Assembly (NCBI GenBank): GCA_013265495.1
Contig: MU058037.1
Coordinates: forward strand, 1,241,498-1,305,497
DNA length: 64,000 bases
Source: Vicugna vicugna
Lineage: Eukaryota
Direction of reading: 5' to 3'
Shown here: piece after piece, positions 1-12,075 of the stretch
Position numbering within the stretch: position 1 is the stretch's first letter
Layout: each line of letters opens with the position of its first letter
The notes under the pieces: model-generated
Seen by the model: only the letters and a program-made list of their open reading frames with translations
Database searches by the model: none
Told to the model about the DNA's origin: nothing
Program-made: the position numbers and the translations under genes

Positions 1-1026
1 AAAAAAATTTCCATTTCAAACTCAATGCAAAGAACTGATCTTGTTCCATTAGTGTTTGTCAATGAAGCCCAGTGGAGTCAGGCCACCGTGGAAGTGACCG
101 AGCTGCAGGGCGGTGACGACCAGCGCACCCAGCATGCCGGCGTGCCACACGTCCTTGAACCGTGAACAGGAAAGCCACTATGCAATTATTCAATCCCTCC
201 TTGGCCAGAACAGATGTTTTCTGTTTTGAAAGTGTATAAAACAAATCATGACTCCCGGTAAATGGCCTCAAGATCGGGTAGTGTTGGCACATTGCAAAAC
301 AAAACCGCGTGTGCTGGTGAAGGGGCTGTCCAGGCGGGGGCCACCCTGCGTGTCACTGGCCAGGCTGTGTGGTGAACAAAGGCCCCGGGGCTGAGCTGGG
401 GCAAACTCAGTCCCTTGGGCAGGGAAAGGGGTGTCTTTGCTGGCCAAGCCCAGCATGGCGGCTGTCCCTGTTTTCCAACTGGCACCATCAGCAGAGAGGC
501 ACCGAGTGGGATAATGGAGGCCCTCCGGCCAGGTTTCAAGTGGAAAACAACAACAACAACAACAACACATAACAAAAGAGATGCAATTTAGAGGTTTACT
601 TTATTTCTATTCTGTGGTCTCCCCACCCCCAACCCCACGGTTCAGTAGAAATACACTGGGTCTAAATGTTATTTCTGGCTGTTGTCACTGTCCAGTGCCT
701 GCGGCCATTGTGTGCATTGGCCCAGCCACGGGTAGGGAGACCACGTTCTGTCTACTGTTCCCCTCACCTCATAGTCACCTTCCTCCTGACCTGGGCATTC
801 CCATCACCCACACTACTCCCAGCCCTTGGGGAAGACTCCAGAAAGGGGAGCTGGAGCTGAAACAACTGCTTAGCAGCTCTCTGCCAGAATCAAAGTTTTA
901 AAATGAAAACTGGAAGCCAAAGACATGGGCTCACTAGCCTTAACAAGGTGGCTTCCTTGGTCATCTTGATCTTAAGTGCTCAGTAAGTGTTTCGGGGTAA
1001 TGGAAAATTGCGTTCGGCTAAATAAA

Positions 1027-1102
1027 TCATCCTTATTTGACACAACACTGTAAAATGACTATAACTCAATAAAAAACGTTAAAAAAAAAAGTCATCCTTA
1101 TT
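1027..1102 (+). mobile_element. Extremely 5'-truncated L1 3' tip with poly(A) and TSD
   Basis: TCATCCTTATT at 1027-1037 and 1092-1102 flanks gacacaacactgtaaaatgactataactcaataaaaa plus an A-run, which resembles an artiodactyl L1 3' terminus. Confidence 0.7.
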
Positions 1103-1137
1103 ACTGTATCTCTGCAGGGTTTCTAGAACACCTAGAC

Positions 1138-1306
1138 CAGTGGTTTTCAATCCGAGTTGTGCATTATAATCACCTGGGAAGTTTTTAAAATTCTGATGCC
1201 ACATCCTAGACCAATTAAATCAAAATCTGGGGGTGGGACCCAGGCATCATGATTTTTTAAAGTTCCCTGGGAAATTCCAATGTGCAGTTACGGTTAAGAA
1301 CCACTG
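1138..1306. mobile_element. MER5-like non-autonomous hAT-Charlie element
   Basis: TIRs CAGTGGTTTTCAA ... TTAAGAACCACTG, internal aatcacctggga, flanks acctagac/atctaaac resembling an 8-bp hAT TSD. Confidence 0.8.
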
Positions 1307-3239
1307 ATCTAAACCACTCGATACAAAGAAGAAAAAGAAAGCCTCAATTTCTCCCCGAGATCCATTTACAGGGCTCTCTTGGATAATGAACCTCATTCCT
1401 CGGACCCTGACCATAAGCTCTAGACCAATCACAAATTTGGGGCCGAATCCCAAATGTCTACATCCAGCTGGAATCTGCCTCCCACAAATGCTCACCACCC
1501 TGTCCCAATCTCAAATCTAGAATCAAAATCCGGCTTCAGACTTCCCTACACCTTCCCATCAATGGACAATGCCCCTGCTGCTTAAGATCCTCCTTCATGG
1601 CCCCAGACGTTTCCCCAAAGGCCCTCCACCACAGCCTAAGACACCAGGCACCATGGCAAAAAGACAGGAAAACATGCTTCCATTAGATTCCCACTTCTTC
1701 AGTTTTAAGAAGCTAAATACTATAACCTTCGCAACAAAGTGAATTCCATTAGAGAGGATGCCCTCAACAAATAAGCAATTTTCACACCTCCAGAAAAACT
1801 CTGGACTCTTCACTCCTGACCTTGACTTGTGCCTCTTAAGTCTTTCTCAGCTGCAGAAGCTTCAACTACGAGAACTCTGGACAGAAGGTGAGAGGGCTTT
1901 AAGCTCCACAAGGCCAAGTCTCAGGGCCTGCGGGGCCATCACCTTGCCAGCTGTGGGCCCGGGCTGCACCGCCTCCTCTGGGGGTCAGGCTGCTGCGGGC
2001 CTTCCTGCTTCCTCATGTTCAAGCAGCACCTGGCTTATGAAATTAGGAGATGAATTCCTATGCTTGCCAAGAATATCTTTAATTACATGGGCTGGAAATT
2101 CCACCCCTCACCACCAAGCGCACCCCCTACCCCAGTTATATTGTCTTCTAGGTCTCCCTCCCACAAAGCTCAAACAACTGAAGTTCCCAGGGGTGGTTAG
2201 TTACTCCCATGGCTGCACCATGCCCAAGTGGTGAGGCCCAAAGCCCAGCATCCATCCAGCCCACTTTCCACTCCCCAGACCCCGACATTTCCAGAGCTCC
2301 ATGCCCTAACTTGTCCGCACCTCTTGGCTCCCTCTGATCTGCTGCCTCTCCACGCACACTTTCCATTTACCATCCAAGTCAGGGAGCCCAGCCACCTCCT
2401 TTCAGAGATCTGCTCTCTTAGTGAGAGAATGGCCCTGAAACTGGTGGCAGATCCGTTTGCTCCTCCCTCCAAGGGGCAGCATAAATGCAGGCCTCCTTCC
2501 CCAAACCTGAGACTCTGATGTCAGAGAACCTAAGAGTTGGACTTAGGTTGTGCCCATTTTACCAGCTTTCTGATCTTCTTGATAGAACCTCAAATCTAAA
2601 AGAAGGGAAACTGGACTCCAATAGTTTGGAATCATTCAAGTATCTGCTTTAAAAAATCCTCTCAGATGTCCTCATCTTGACAGTGTTATGCCTTGATCAA
2701 AACGCAGAACTGTACACTAAATTTACTCTATGTAAAATATATCAAGGTAAAAAAAATCTGTTCCACAGCTACCACCACCACTGGCACAACCACTCTTGAG
2801 AACAAACGAGCATAACGTTCGTTTCATGGGCCCCTCTCACCCACACCAGTTGCTCACAACAGCCTGAGTTCCAGAACATCTTTTGAACTCATTCTGAATA
2901 TGCTAGGTGTAACAACAACAACAACAAAATTAATGTTGAGAGGCAACAAATCTAGATTACTGAAATCAAATGATATACAGAAATAGACTTCGTATTTCAC
3001 AATCAGAAACAGCTTAACACTTAAATGTAAAATTATATTTTATTATCTTTTTAAATTTTAGCAAAGAGTCTGTGCCTCAGGAGATTTCTCAGACATTCAA
3101 AAGCCTAATGAATTTCCAGGGATTAAAGTGAAGATCAAGCAGGTGCTTCCTCGGCCTGTCTTAGGTACAACAGCTTGGTCTTATATTCTACATCCAGTCC
3201 TTTTTACAACAGCTGCAGGATGATTAATCTCATCACACA

Positions 3240-3712
3240 AAACCCAAGCCAACAGGAATGTCCAAAACAGCATGACTCATAATACTCAAAAAGTGAAAAC
3301 ACCCCAATTGTCCATCAGGGTGTAAGTGGAAAAGGGAAATGTGGTCATATCCACACCATGGACTATTATTTAACCAAAGAAAGAATGAAGTGTACCAACA
3401 CATACTACAACATGGGTGAATCTTGAAGACACGATGCCAAAGAAGCCAGTCACAAAAGACCACATATTGTGATTCTATTTATATGAAATGGTCAGAAAAA
3501 ACAAGTCCCTAGAGACATAAAGCAAATTAAGTGGTTGCCAGGACCTGGGAGGAATGGAGGTGATAGCTAAGGGGTACAGAGTTTCTTCCCGGAGTGATGA
3601 AAATGTTCTAAAATTGTGATGATGGTCGCACAACTCTGAATATACCAAAACCATTGAATTGTATACTTTAGATAGGCAAATTGTGTGAAACATCAGTTAT
3701 AGCTCAATAAAC
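3240..3712 (+). mobile_element. Old L1 (L1MB-like) 3' end
   Basis: Typical motifs tgtccatca, aagaagccagtcacaaaagaccacatattgt, tgatgaaaatgttctaaaatt, ending in aataaa. Confidence 0.8.
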
Positions 3713-4014
3713 TTGTCCCAAAACATCCAAACAAGGGGCACTTTTAGATTCTCAGTTACTGTGAGGTAATCAAGGCAACAGAAAGTTCCAGAAGCCAGTT
3801 TCTACCCTCAATCAACCATAAGACAGGCTCCAGGCACAAGGTTAAAGGGGCTTCAAGAGGCAGTCTTCTCTGTCCATCCCCACCCACCCCTGAATAGCTT
3901 GTCTCTGACCCGTCGCTCTGTGTGGGCACTATCCCAGGGCTGCAGCCAGTAAAGCGTGCCTGCGGCCAGCGCCGATGCCTCAGGCTCCATCACAGCAGCC
4001 GCCGCCACCGTGGT

Positions 4015-4222
4015 GACTGATGTTATTAATACTGAATTGTATCCTTGAAAGCTGCTGGGAGAGTGGATCTGAAAAGTTCTCATCACAAGGAAAATAATCT
4101 GCAACTATGTGTGGTGATAGATGTTAAGAAGACATTGCAGAGACCATTTTCCAGCACATATTGAATCATTATGTTGTACACCTGAAACAGGTTATAGGTC
4201 AATTATATTTCAATTAAAAATA
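4015..4222 (+). mobile_element. L1MA-like 3' end fragment
   Basis: aatactgaattgtat...aaaagttctcatcacaag...atgttgtacacctgaaac...caattaaaaa. Confidence 0.7.
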
Positions 4223-4821
4223 ATTAACAGCAGAAGTGGGGCTGCAAAATACTGAAAGGTTCAACGACATAAACAACGTGGAGGGCTTATTTTCATAGCA
4301 GTTTTTGGTATTCACAGAGAAGAGAAACCCAACCAGGAAAAGTTAATTACAGAAAAGAAGAAAAAAGACCTACCAAAGTTGGACTGACAGCCACACAACA
4401 CAGAAATGACACCCCAGCTCTTTTCATGCAATCGTGCTTTAAGGAAAACCATATGGGACTGTTTACACTACCAGCCACAATGACTATTTCTTAAAACTCA
4501 CACTGCGGTACGCTTGGTATACTGTAAACATGCTGTCAATTATCTCACTGCCCTGCCTTCCCTTTCCCACTGCAGGAGAGAGCAGTTAAAGGGGTATTTC
4601 CCACAGACACGTGGGCCCCCAACACCTACTGGAAAGGGGGCAGGAGCCTCACTCTACTTTAAAATAACACCAACCCAGAGCCAATCTCCTTAAAGAAATT
4701 AAAGTGCTTATTAAACAAACAAAGATTTTATGAGACAATGCTAATCCCTCTGTAGTCTGGAATCAGAACGCTAATACAATATTGGATCTTCTTCCTGGTA
4801 AGCCAGTTTCCCCCACAGGAC

Positions 4822-5142
4822 TAGGAGAGTCTTTTTTTTTTTCCATGTTTATAGAGTTTATTTGTTTTCTAAGTCAAACAAGATGAAAAGGATTCTTCCT
4901 TTGTGTTCTTTAATCAAAGGTAGAGTGTTATTTTAGACATCAAGAGCACATTCCAGATGTTTTTGTCCCTAAGATCCCTCCCAGCATCCCCACTTCCCTG
5001 TACCCCAAGTGGGCAGTGGGGAGAATTAAAAACCCAGGTCCAGTCAAAGGTTCAGTCTATCTTTACAGGCAGGCTCATCAGAACACAGAGCACTGAGAAA
5101 GCAAAAGCCTTGATGCCCTGCGAGCCTGCTTAGGAGAGTCTT
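4822..5142 (-). pseudogene. 5'-truncated retrocopy of an unidentified polyadenylated RNA 3' end (~290 bp) with 12-bp TSD
   Basis: TAGGAGAGTCTT at 4822-4833 and 5131-5142; T-run next to the left copy; minus-strand AATAAA at 4862-4857; TT/AAGA endonuclease-type site. Confidence 0.75.
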
Positions 5143-6929
5143 AAAAGTAGCCACAAGCAACAGGTGGCACTGCAGGGTCTACCTCCACGGAGCTGTCACG
5201 TGGCTCCAACTCTCCTGTCCTCACATTCTAAGCCCACCCGGAAGGCTAACCAAGAGTTTTAAAATAAGGCACAGGAAAGAGAGATCAGGCAAAACCCTGG
5301 CTTTCATCTGGGGGAAAGCTGACATGTTAGTTTGTGGCCACAACACACTGAACACCAGGCCACTTGCCCTCTCCCAGAAGGAGTCACTGGAGGAACATCT
5401 GGTGGACAACGACCCCATGGAACGTGGGAAGGAGTCAACTTGGCTGGAGCTGGGGAAGAGAGCCGGGCAGAGGACACAGGAAGAGGTCACGACACAGTGA
5501 ACCCTCTTGTGGGCCGGCCTCAACTTGACAGGAAGTAGGAGTTAAAGGAAGCGAAACCAGGCCCAGCAGCATCATAAAAGGGACAGGCAGGTGGCAAGAG
5601 GGGACTTGCAGGGTTTGAGGGTACAGGACAGAAGACTTAAGACATCTGGCCCAGGAAACGGGACAAGCCCTTACCTTTAGTTCAAAACTGCTGTCCACAG
5701 TCCACTGAGAGGCATGGAAAGGGTTCCCACCACCACGTGCCACCTCCCCTCAATTCACAGAGCAGCAGGATGAGAACAGGGGACAGGCGGGCCCCAAGTG
5801 GGCTGGCAATGGTTTCCTTCAGCTCCACCCAGAAGGAGAACAAGATTTCTTTCCCAAAGTAGAAATGGCAGGACTTTTTTTTTTAATCCAGGAAGGATGA
5901 AGTATGTTTTCCGAGCATTTAAACACTGAATCTCCAGCTTTCCTGCCACTAACTTTAGGTGGGCAGAACCCTCACAGGTCAGACCTCTTAGCAGTTGTAT
6001 TTCTATACAAAAAATTCTAAGGTTTCTGCCAGAGCTGCTATGCCAGACTGCAAATCAACAATGAAAATAGTATTTCCAGAGATAAAGCAGTTTAGACTTT
6101 GTGAATCTGTGATGTCAAAAATCACATTTGCCTCAGAGAAGTCCCTTGCTCTGGCTTTGGCCAGGGCAGACTCAACCAGGTCAGCACTGAGGTCTGTGCC
6201 CCTCAGAAGGGCCCTCCAAGGAGACTGCTTTGCACCCAGGAGGCGCTGGGCAGGCAAGCATGACTGGAGAACGGTACAGAAAAGGACCCAAACTCCCCAG
6301 ACACTGGGACGCGGCCTGTGCTACAGCAGATTCCAGATGATGCAAAGGCCACAAGTCCGTGTGAGGGGCCTGGGCTCTGTACTTGTGCACTTTTCCAGGT
6401 GGCTTTGAGGCAAGCCACGGGACTCAGATGGTCTAAAGGCAGAGGTGGGCAGGCTCGCTCTGCAAAGGGCCACACAGGACAGATGCCAGGCTTGGCAGGC
6501 CACGTCAGGTCCTGTCACCAATGTATGTTCCTGTTTTACTGCCCTTTAAAAAGGCAACAATCATTCTTAGCTGGAGGGCTGTACAGAAAGAAGCCAGAAG
6601 AGCAGGATTTAGCCTAAGGGCCTTAGTTTGTTGATCCCTGGTCTGAAATCTTTTCCAGCTCTAAATTCTTAACAGGGACACTCAGCTGTAATTCTACAAC
6701 CTGGATTTCCAGAAGTGACCTTCTAGAATTTCAGACGAGAATAATCTGAGAACATTTCCTACATTTAACTGAGCAACTTAGTAAATGTGGGAAAAATTAC
6801 AGCTAATAAGCTATGTAACTAGGACCTCCGTGTCTTAAGAACTACAGAGAACTAATGCTAGCAGCTAATGGGAACTTCCTCACGCCAGAGAATAAGAATG
6901 TGTAGGAGTACCAGCCTCCATGTAAGTCT

Positions 6930-8030
6930 CAAATCACTCATCTATGCTCCCACTTCAAGAACTTAGAAAAAAAATTAACCCAAAGCAAGCAGAGGAAGGG
7001 AATAAGGATAACAGCAGAAATCAATGAAATTGAAAAACAAAACGAAAAACTATAGAGAAATCAATGAAGCTAAAAGCTATTACTCTGAAAAGGTCAATAA
7101 ATTGAAAAACTAGAGCAAGAATGACAAAGAAAAAAAAAGACAAAATATAGATTGCCAGAATTAGGAATCAAATTAGAGATATCATTACAGATACTGCAGA
7201 CACCAAAAGGATAATAAAGGAATCCTACAAACAACTCTAGACAGAAATTCGATAATTTAAGGAAACGAGCAAATTTCTCAAAAAACACAAACTACCACAA
7301 CTCACCAATATGAAAGATAATTTCAACAGCCCTATAACCACACTAAGGTAATTAAATGTGTAATTTTACAACACCGCCAAAAAACAAACAAACAAACAAA
7401 AAAAACCTTGAGGCCCAGATGGTTTCACTGGAGAATTCCACCAAGCATTTAAAGAATTAACACCAATTCTATATAATCTCTTTCATAAAATAAAAAAGGA
7501 GGGAATATCTCCAAATTCATTTTGTTTTATAAAGCCATTTATCCTAACACCAAAACCACAGAAAATCCAAAAAGAGAAACCTACAAACCAGACCAACATC
7601 CCTCATGAACAGAAACAAAACTCATTAACAAATCCTTAAAATCCTTAATAAGAATTTATCGATATGAAAATAATTATATAACATGACCAAGTGGGATTTA
7701 TTCCAGATATGCAAGGCTGGTTCAGTTTTTTTTAAAAAGCAATGTGGTCCACCGTATTAATAGGCTAAAGAAGAAAAAATCACGTGGTATTGGTCAATGC
7801 AGAAAAAGTATTTGACAAAATTCAGCACCCATTCAAAAGAAAAGCACACAGAAAATAGGAACAGAGGGGCATGTCCACAACTTGATAGGGAGCATCTACA
7901 AAAAACCGACAGCCAGCACGGTCTTCAATGACAATAGACTGAGTGCTATCAGGAATAAGGCAAGGACGTCCGCTCTCACTGCTGCTACTCAACCAAGTAA
8001 CGAAAGTGTAGTCAGCTCAATAAGGCCAAG
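6930..8030 (+). mobile_element. Decayed L1 ORF2 fragment (RT-proximal region)
   Basis: gcagaaatcaatgaaattg, ccagatggtttcactggagaattc, gaccaagtgggatttattccagatatgcaaggctggttc, gcagaaaaagtatttgacaaaattcagcacccattc; frames are broken. Confidence 0.88.
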
Positions 8031-8718
8031 AGGCCAAGATGTGTCCAAGGTTACACAGCCAGTAGGTGGTAGAGCTAGGTCCAAACGCAAAGCAGCTGGG
8101 CTCCAAAATCCAGTGCTTTTAACCATGACATTGTGTTGCTTCCCTTAGTTATAGATGGAACAAGAATAAGCCCCTTGTCCTATACACAAAACATCAACAG
8201 TGGTTATCTACGTGTGCTAAGATTAGAGATCTGGCTTTCCCCCTTTCTTTCTATTTCTCTACACCCTGTACTCGTCTGAAATCAGCACATGACCTAAATG
8301 ACAACAACAAGAATGTAGAAAGACAAATGCATAAACCATTACTTGAACAGCTTCTGCAGTTTCTTCAAGTAAAGCCATATCCTTTGCTCAAAGGTGATAA
8401 AAAAAAGCACACACAGGGGCTCTATTAATAATTTAACATTCACCAAAAAAAATTTTTTAAGACCTATCCTATTCCAAAGGGACCAAGTTGGTGGTAAGCA
8501 CTTTTTCTCTCCAACCTAGACAAATTCCACTTAGGAACATCAAACGCTTGGACAGACAGGCCCATGACCCTCTTCCTCAAAACCCCAGAACCGACTGGGC
8601 CACTTAGTTGCAGCACTCAACAGTTCAAAGATTCAGTGTTAAACCATTTATAAAACCTACACCATTACTGTTTCTCAAAGCATGACCCACGGCTCCAGTT
8701 CTAAGAAAAGGGGTCCCA

Positions 8719-8955
8719 TAAATAAGTCATGGGATGTAATGTACAGCACAGTGACTATAGCTAATAATACTGTATTGCATATATGAAAATTGCTAAATAG
8801 ATGTTAAAAGTTCTCATCATAAAAAAAATTTTTGAAACTACATATGTTGATGGATGTTAACTTGTGATCATTTTGCAATGTATACAACTACTGAATTGTG
8901 ATGTTGTACACCTGCAACTAATGCAATGTTACGTGTCAATAACCTCAATTAAAAA
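8719..8955 (+). mobile_element. L1MA-like 3' end with degenerate TSD
   Basis: gggatgtaatgtacagcacagtgactatagctaataatactgtattg...cctcaattaaaaa; flanks aagaaaaggggtcccat / aaaagaagggccccat. Confidence 0.75.
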
Positions 8956-11900
8956 GAAGGGCCCCATGTTGAACCCAATTTGAGACATCTCCTAATATTC
9001 ACTTCTAGAAACTCAGAATGCCCGTTAGCCTATCAGTTTTGCTTGACCACTATGACCTGCAGTCCTTCAGAAGAGACACTTTGGTTATTAACAATATCCT
9101 AGAAATTGCTCAGGAGTCTCATTGGAGAAATATCTATTCCAGGGAAAATGGAGTCGTGCAACACAAACCCATGGAAGTGCTATCTTAAAAATCAACATCT
9201 TTTTAAAATTCTGCTTTAATAACTTAGAGAGGTCTTTTAAATAAAGTAGATCAACCTTCAAATCACATGCCAACCCATTATATTCTGCCTCTTCTTTTGC
9301 CAGAAGAACTTTCCTTATCTTTCAGTAAGTTAAATTTACACCTCTTTATAGCTGAGCATCTTTATCCACTGGCACCATTTCAAAGTACTCAGCGCTAAGT
9401 ATTGCAATTGGTGTTAAGTGTTTTATGTATCATTTGACACTCTTCCAAACATTTTATTGGACATCCCACCCAACAACACAGTGTGTGGGATTTTGGTATC
9501 ATTAGCATCTTCAAGCAAAGGGTGAAATTAAGGTGCATGGGAAACTACCCAGAGGGTCAACTCAGCTCAGGAACCTAGAATGCTCTACTGGCTCTTATCA
9601 GCTCCTTTTGACTTTGTGACTTAGCATATAAATGCCTTTGATCGTAAGCATGGCCACTAGCTCAGCAGCTCTTTCCATGACACAGGTGACATTATCTGTT
9701 TACCAAAATGCAGGCGGACCACAACTCAGGGCTCCAGAATCCTTTTTCATGGGGTCTGGAAAAGTGCCTAGTTATAAGGGTTTCAAAGAGCATTTGTGCA
9801 ATGGTTTACATACTTGGTTTGCAGAATTCAATTGAGGAGGTTTCCCAACTTTTCAAAAGAACTGAGCCTGTAATTAAACTACCATGAAATGGTGGTTGGA
9901 GCCGCAGCGCACACCAGCAAGCTTGGGTTACAACTGCAGTGAAATGGTGGATTAAAATGCCCAGAATGTGTGTGACTCCAAAAACTAAACTCAATAATAG
10001 CTTTACTGAACATGGTTTTAAACAGACGCCCAACCACAACTCAGTCACTTTCTAACTAATCCTTACCTGCCAAGGGTTAGTATAACCACAGTGGTCTCAA
10101 TTCAAACTATAAAGCCTGTAATTCCAAATCTTACCAGGGTCCCAAGTCCAACACCAAAAGCTCTAGCTTTTCACAGCTATGGGAGACCACAGGACTTCAG
10201 TCTATCTCCCAAGAAGGAGGCAAAGGCCTGCAAGTGCTGATTCAAATACGGCCAATTTCATTATATACAAGTAAGAGGCTACAAAGAAGATTCCAAATCG
10301 GTAACTCCTCCACTGCCAAACAAAACCAGCTTTCCTCCACAGAACAAACAAAAATCACAAGACAAATCATCTACCAGTTCGTTATTAAACTGAAAAATGC
10401 TCTTTTTTAAGAAACACCACATGCAGAGCTTTGGATTACTTGAAAAAAATATTTCTCTCTTGGGGTGGGGATTGTTTCTAGTGCCTGGATTATGAAATCA
10501 ATTTCTTAAACAGCTGTTATCCCTTCCAAAGCATTTTAAAACAATAGAAAATTACTAAGTGAAAACTAGAGGTAGCTTTTTGATATAAAACACAAAATAA
10601 TTTTACCATACACTACAGGTTTACCATACTCTACAGGTTTAAAGACATGGCTACGACTTTGGAACTATACTCTAAAAACCCATTAAGGTTTACACAATTT
10701 TTTAATGGCAATCTCACAAAATGAATTCCCAGCAATGTGCAATTATTCAGCCTGTAGTCAAATAGTGCATGATCAGCGCAATTAAGAATCTTTTGCAGAG
10801 TTGGGGGAAAGGGAGGGTTTTTTAAATCCCAACAAAGCAAAAGAACATGTCAAAGGTGGACTCCAACAAGGGACCTCCCCCAAGCAGTCCAGAAAACATC
10901 GTCAAAGACAATAAAGGTAGCTACATAATGGACAAAAAACACATTCCCCAAAGCTGTTAGGAAATTCTGAGTGCAGGTGCCTCCTGGCTACTTGGAAGCA
11001 AAAGAAGTATGAGACTCAAGTGTGTTGGGTGAAGAGGGAGAATTGGACCATCATGGACCTTGTGAATGCTGTTAATGAGTTTCAACCCACGGCAGGGTTT
11101 TTAAATGAAGAAAGGAACAGGCATCTGTTGAGCTCCTGTTGATTGAGCCCTTCCCAAAAATGGAGACAAAGAGGGAGATTATGGCTAAGAACTGTAGCCG
11201 AGGGAGCAAGGAATTTGAGAGGGTAGCAGGTAGAACCCACAGGACTTAATGACATGAATGGGTGCCTCAAAGGTTTCTGGTACAAGGGGTTTTTTGTTTT
11301 TAATGAAGATCCAGTTGTAGTGGTTCTCATATTTAATCAGCATCAGAATTACTGGGAGGAAGCTGGTTAAAAATGCAAACTCCAGGTACTACTCTCCCCT
11401 CAAACACTGTTATTCAAGCCAGTCTAGAGTGTGGCCCACGCATCCATTTTCCCACTCCCAGTCACCAGCCGCCCAAGGTTTCCCTGTTAAGGCGGCTGTG
11501 TGGGTGTGCTGCTGTCTATCAAAATGATGGGTAAAGTGTGGTGGGACAAGGGACAGTGATAAGAGGGTAGGGAGAAAGTTTTTTTCTATTCTTAAACAAA
11601 AGAACAAAAAAGCTAGATGCAATCAAACCTGGATTGTTTTAGGTTTTATGCTTAAAGTTATAGCTATTTTTAAATACACAAAGACAATATGCTTCCACCA
11701 GAAAGCAGCTCAATAAATACGTGGGGGAGAGGGAGCTTGGTGGAGAGGTACAGGAATTCAGGGAGGGAGGGTCACCTGAAGCCACAGGCCTTGGCTGGGT
11801 AGGAAGTGCTAACCAACTCCAGCGCAAAACTCGGAGGAAGGTCTGGCCCATCCTCCCTCCCCGCAGCGCAGACTTCGAAAAGAACCAGATAAATTTTCCT

Positions 11901-11969
11901 GATGATTTGTCATCCAGATCACTCCAAACTGGTTAGAACTTACACTGGGGATCCTCCAGTGCTCTTTTG

Positions 11970-12075
11970 AGCTGTCAATGCTGTGCACTGCTGGATGTTC
12001 AGCAGCATCCCTGGCCTACTAGATGTTAGTCCCCAAGCTGAGACTACCAAAAAATGCCTCCAGATAGTATCAAAT
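11970..12075. mobile_element. MER20-like fragment
   Basis: tgtgcactgctggatgttcagcagcatccctggcctactagatg...tccaga. Confidence 0.6.

Noticed and set aside
59..540. Mildly CpG-enriched patch as an exon or alternative promoter
   Set aside because: No SMS-like coding signal and CpG density far below the true island; cannot be supported from sequence alone.
5030..5090. Minus-strand CTGATGA...AAA...TGA in the retrocopy as a hammerhead core or SECIS element
   Set aside because: There is no GAAA core or paired stems for a hammerhead, and the spacing and helix II pairing do not fit a SECIS.
5995..6408. Overlapping ORFs (137 aa + strand, 84 aa - strand) that look protein-like
   Set aside because: No recognisable domain or similarity to SMS exon 2 and no convincing splice context; treated as chance ORFs.
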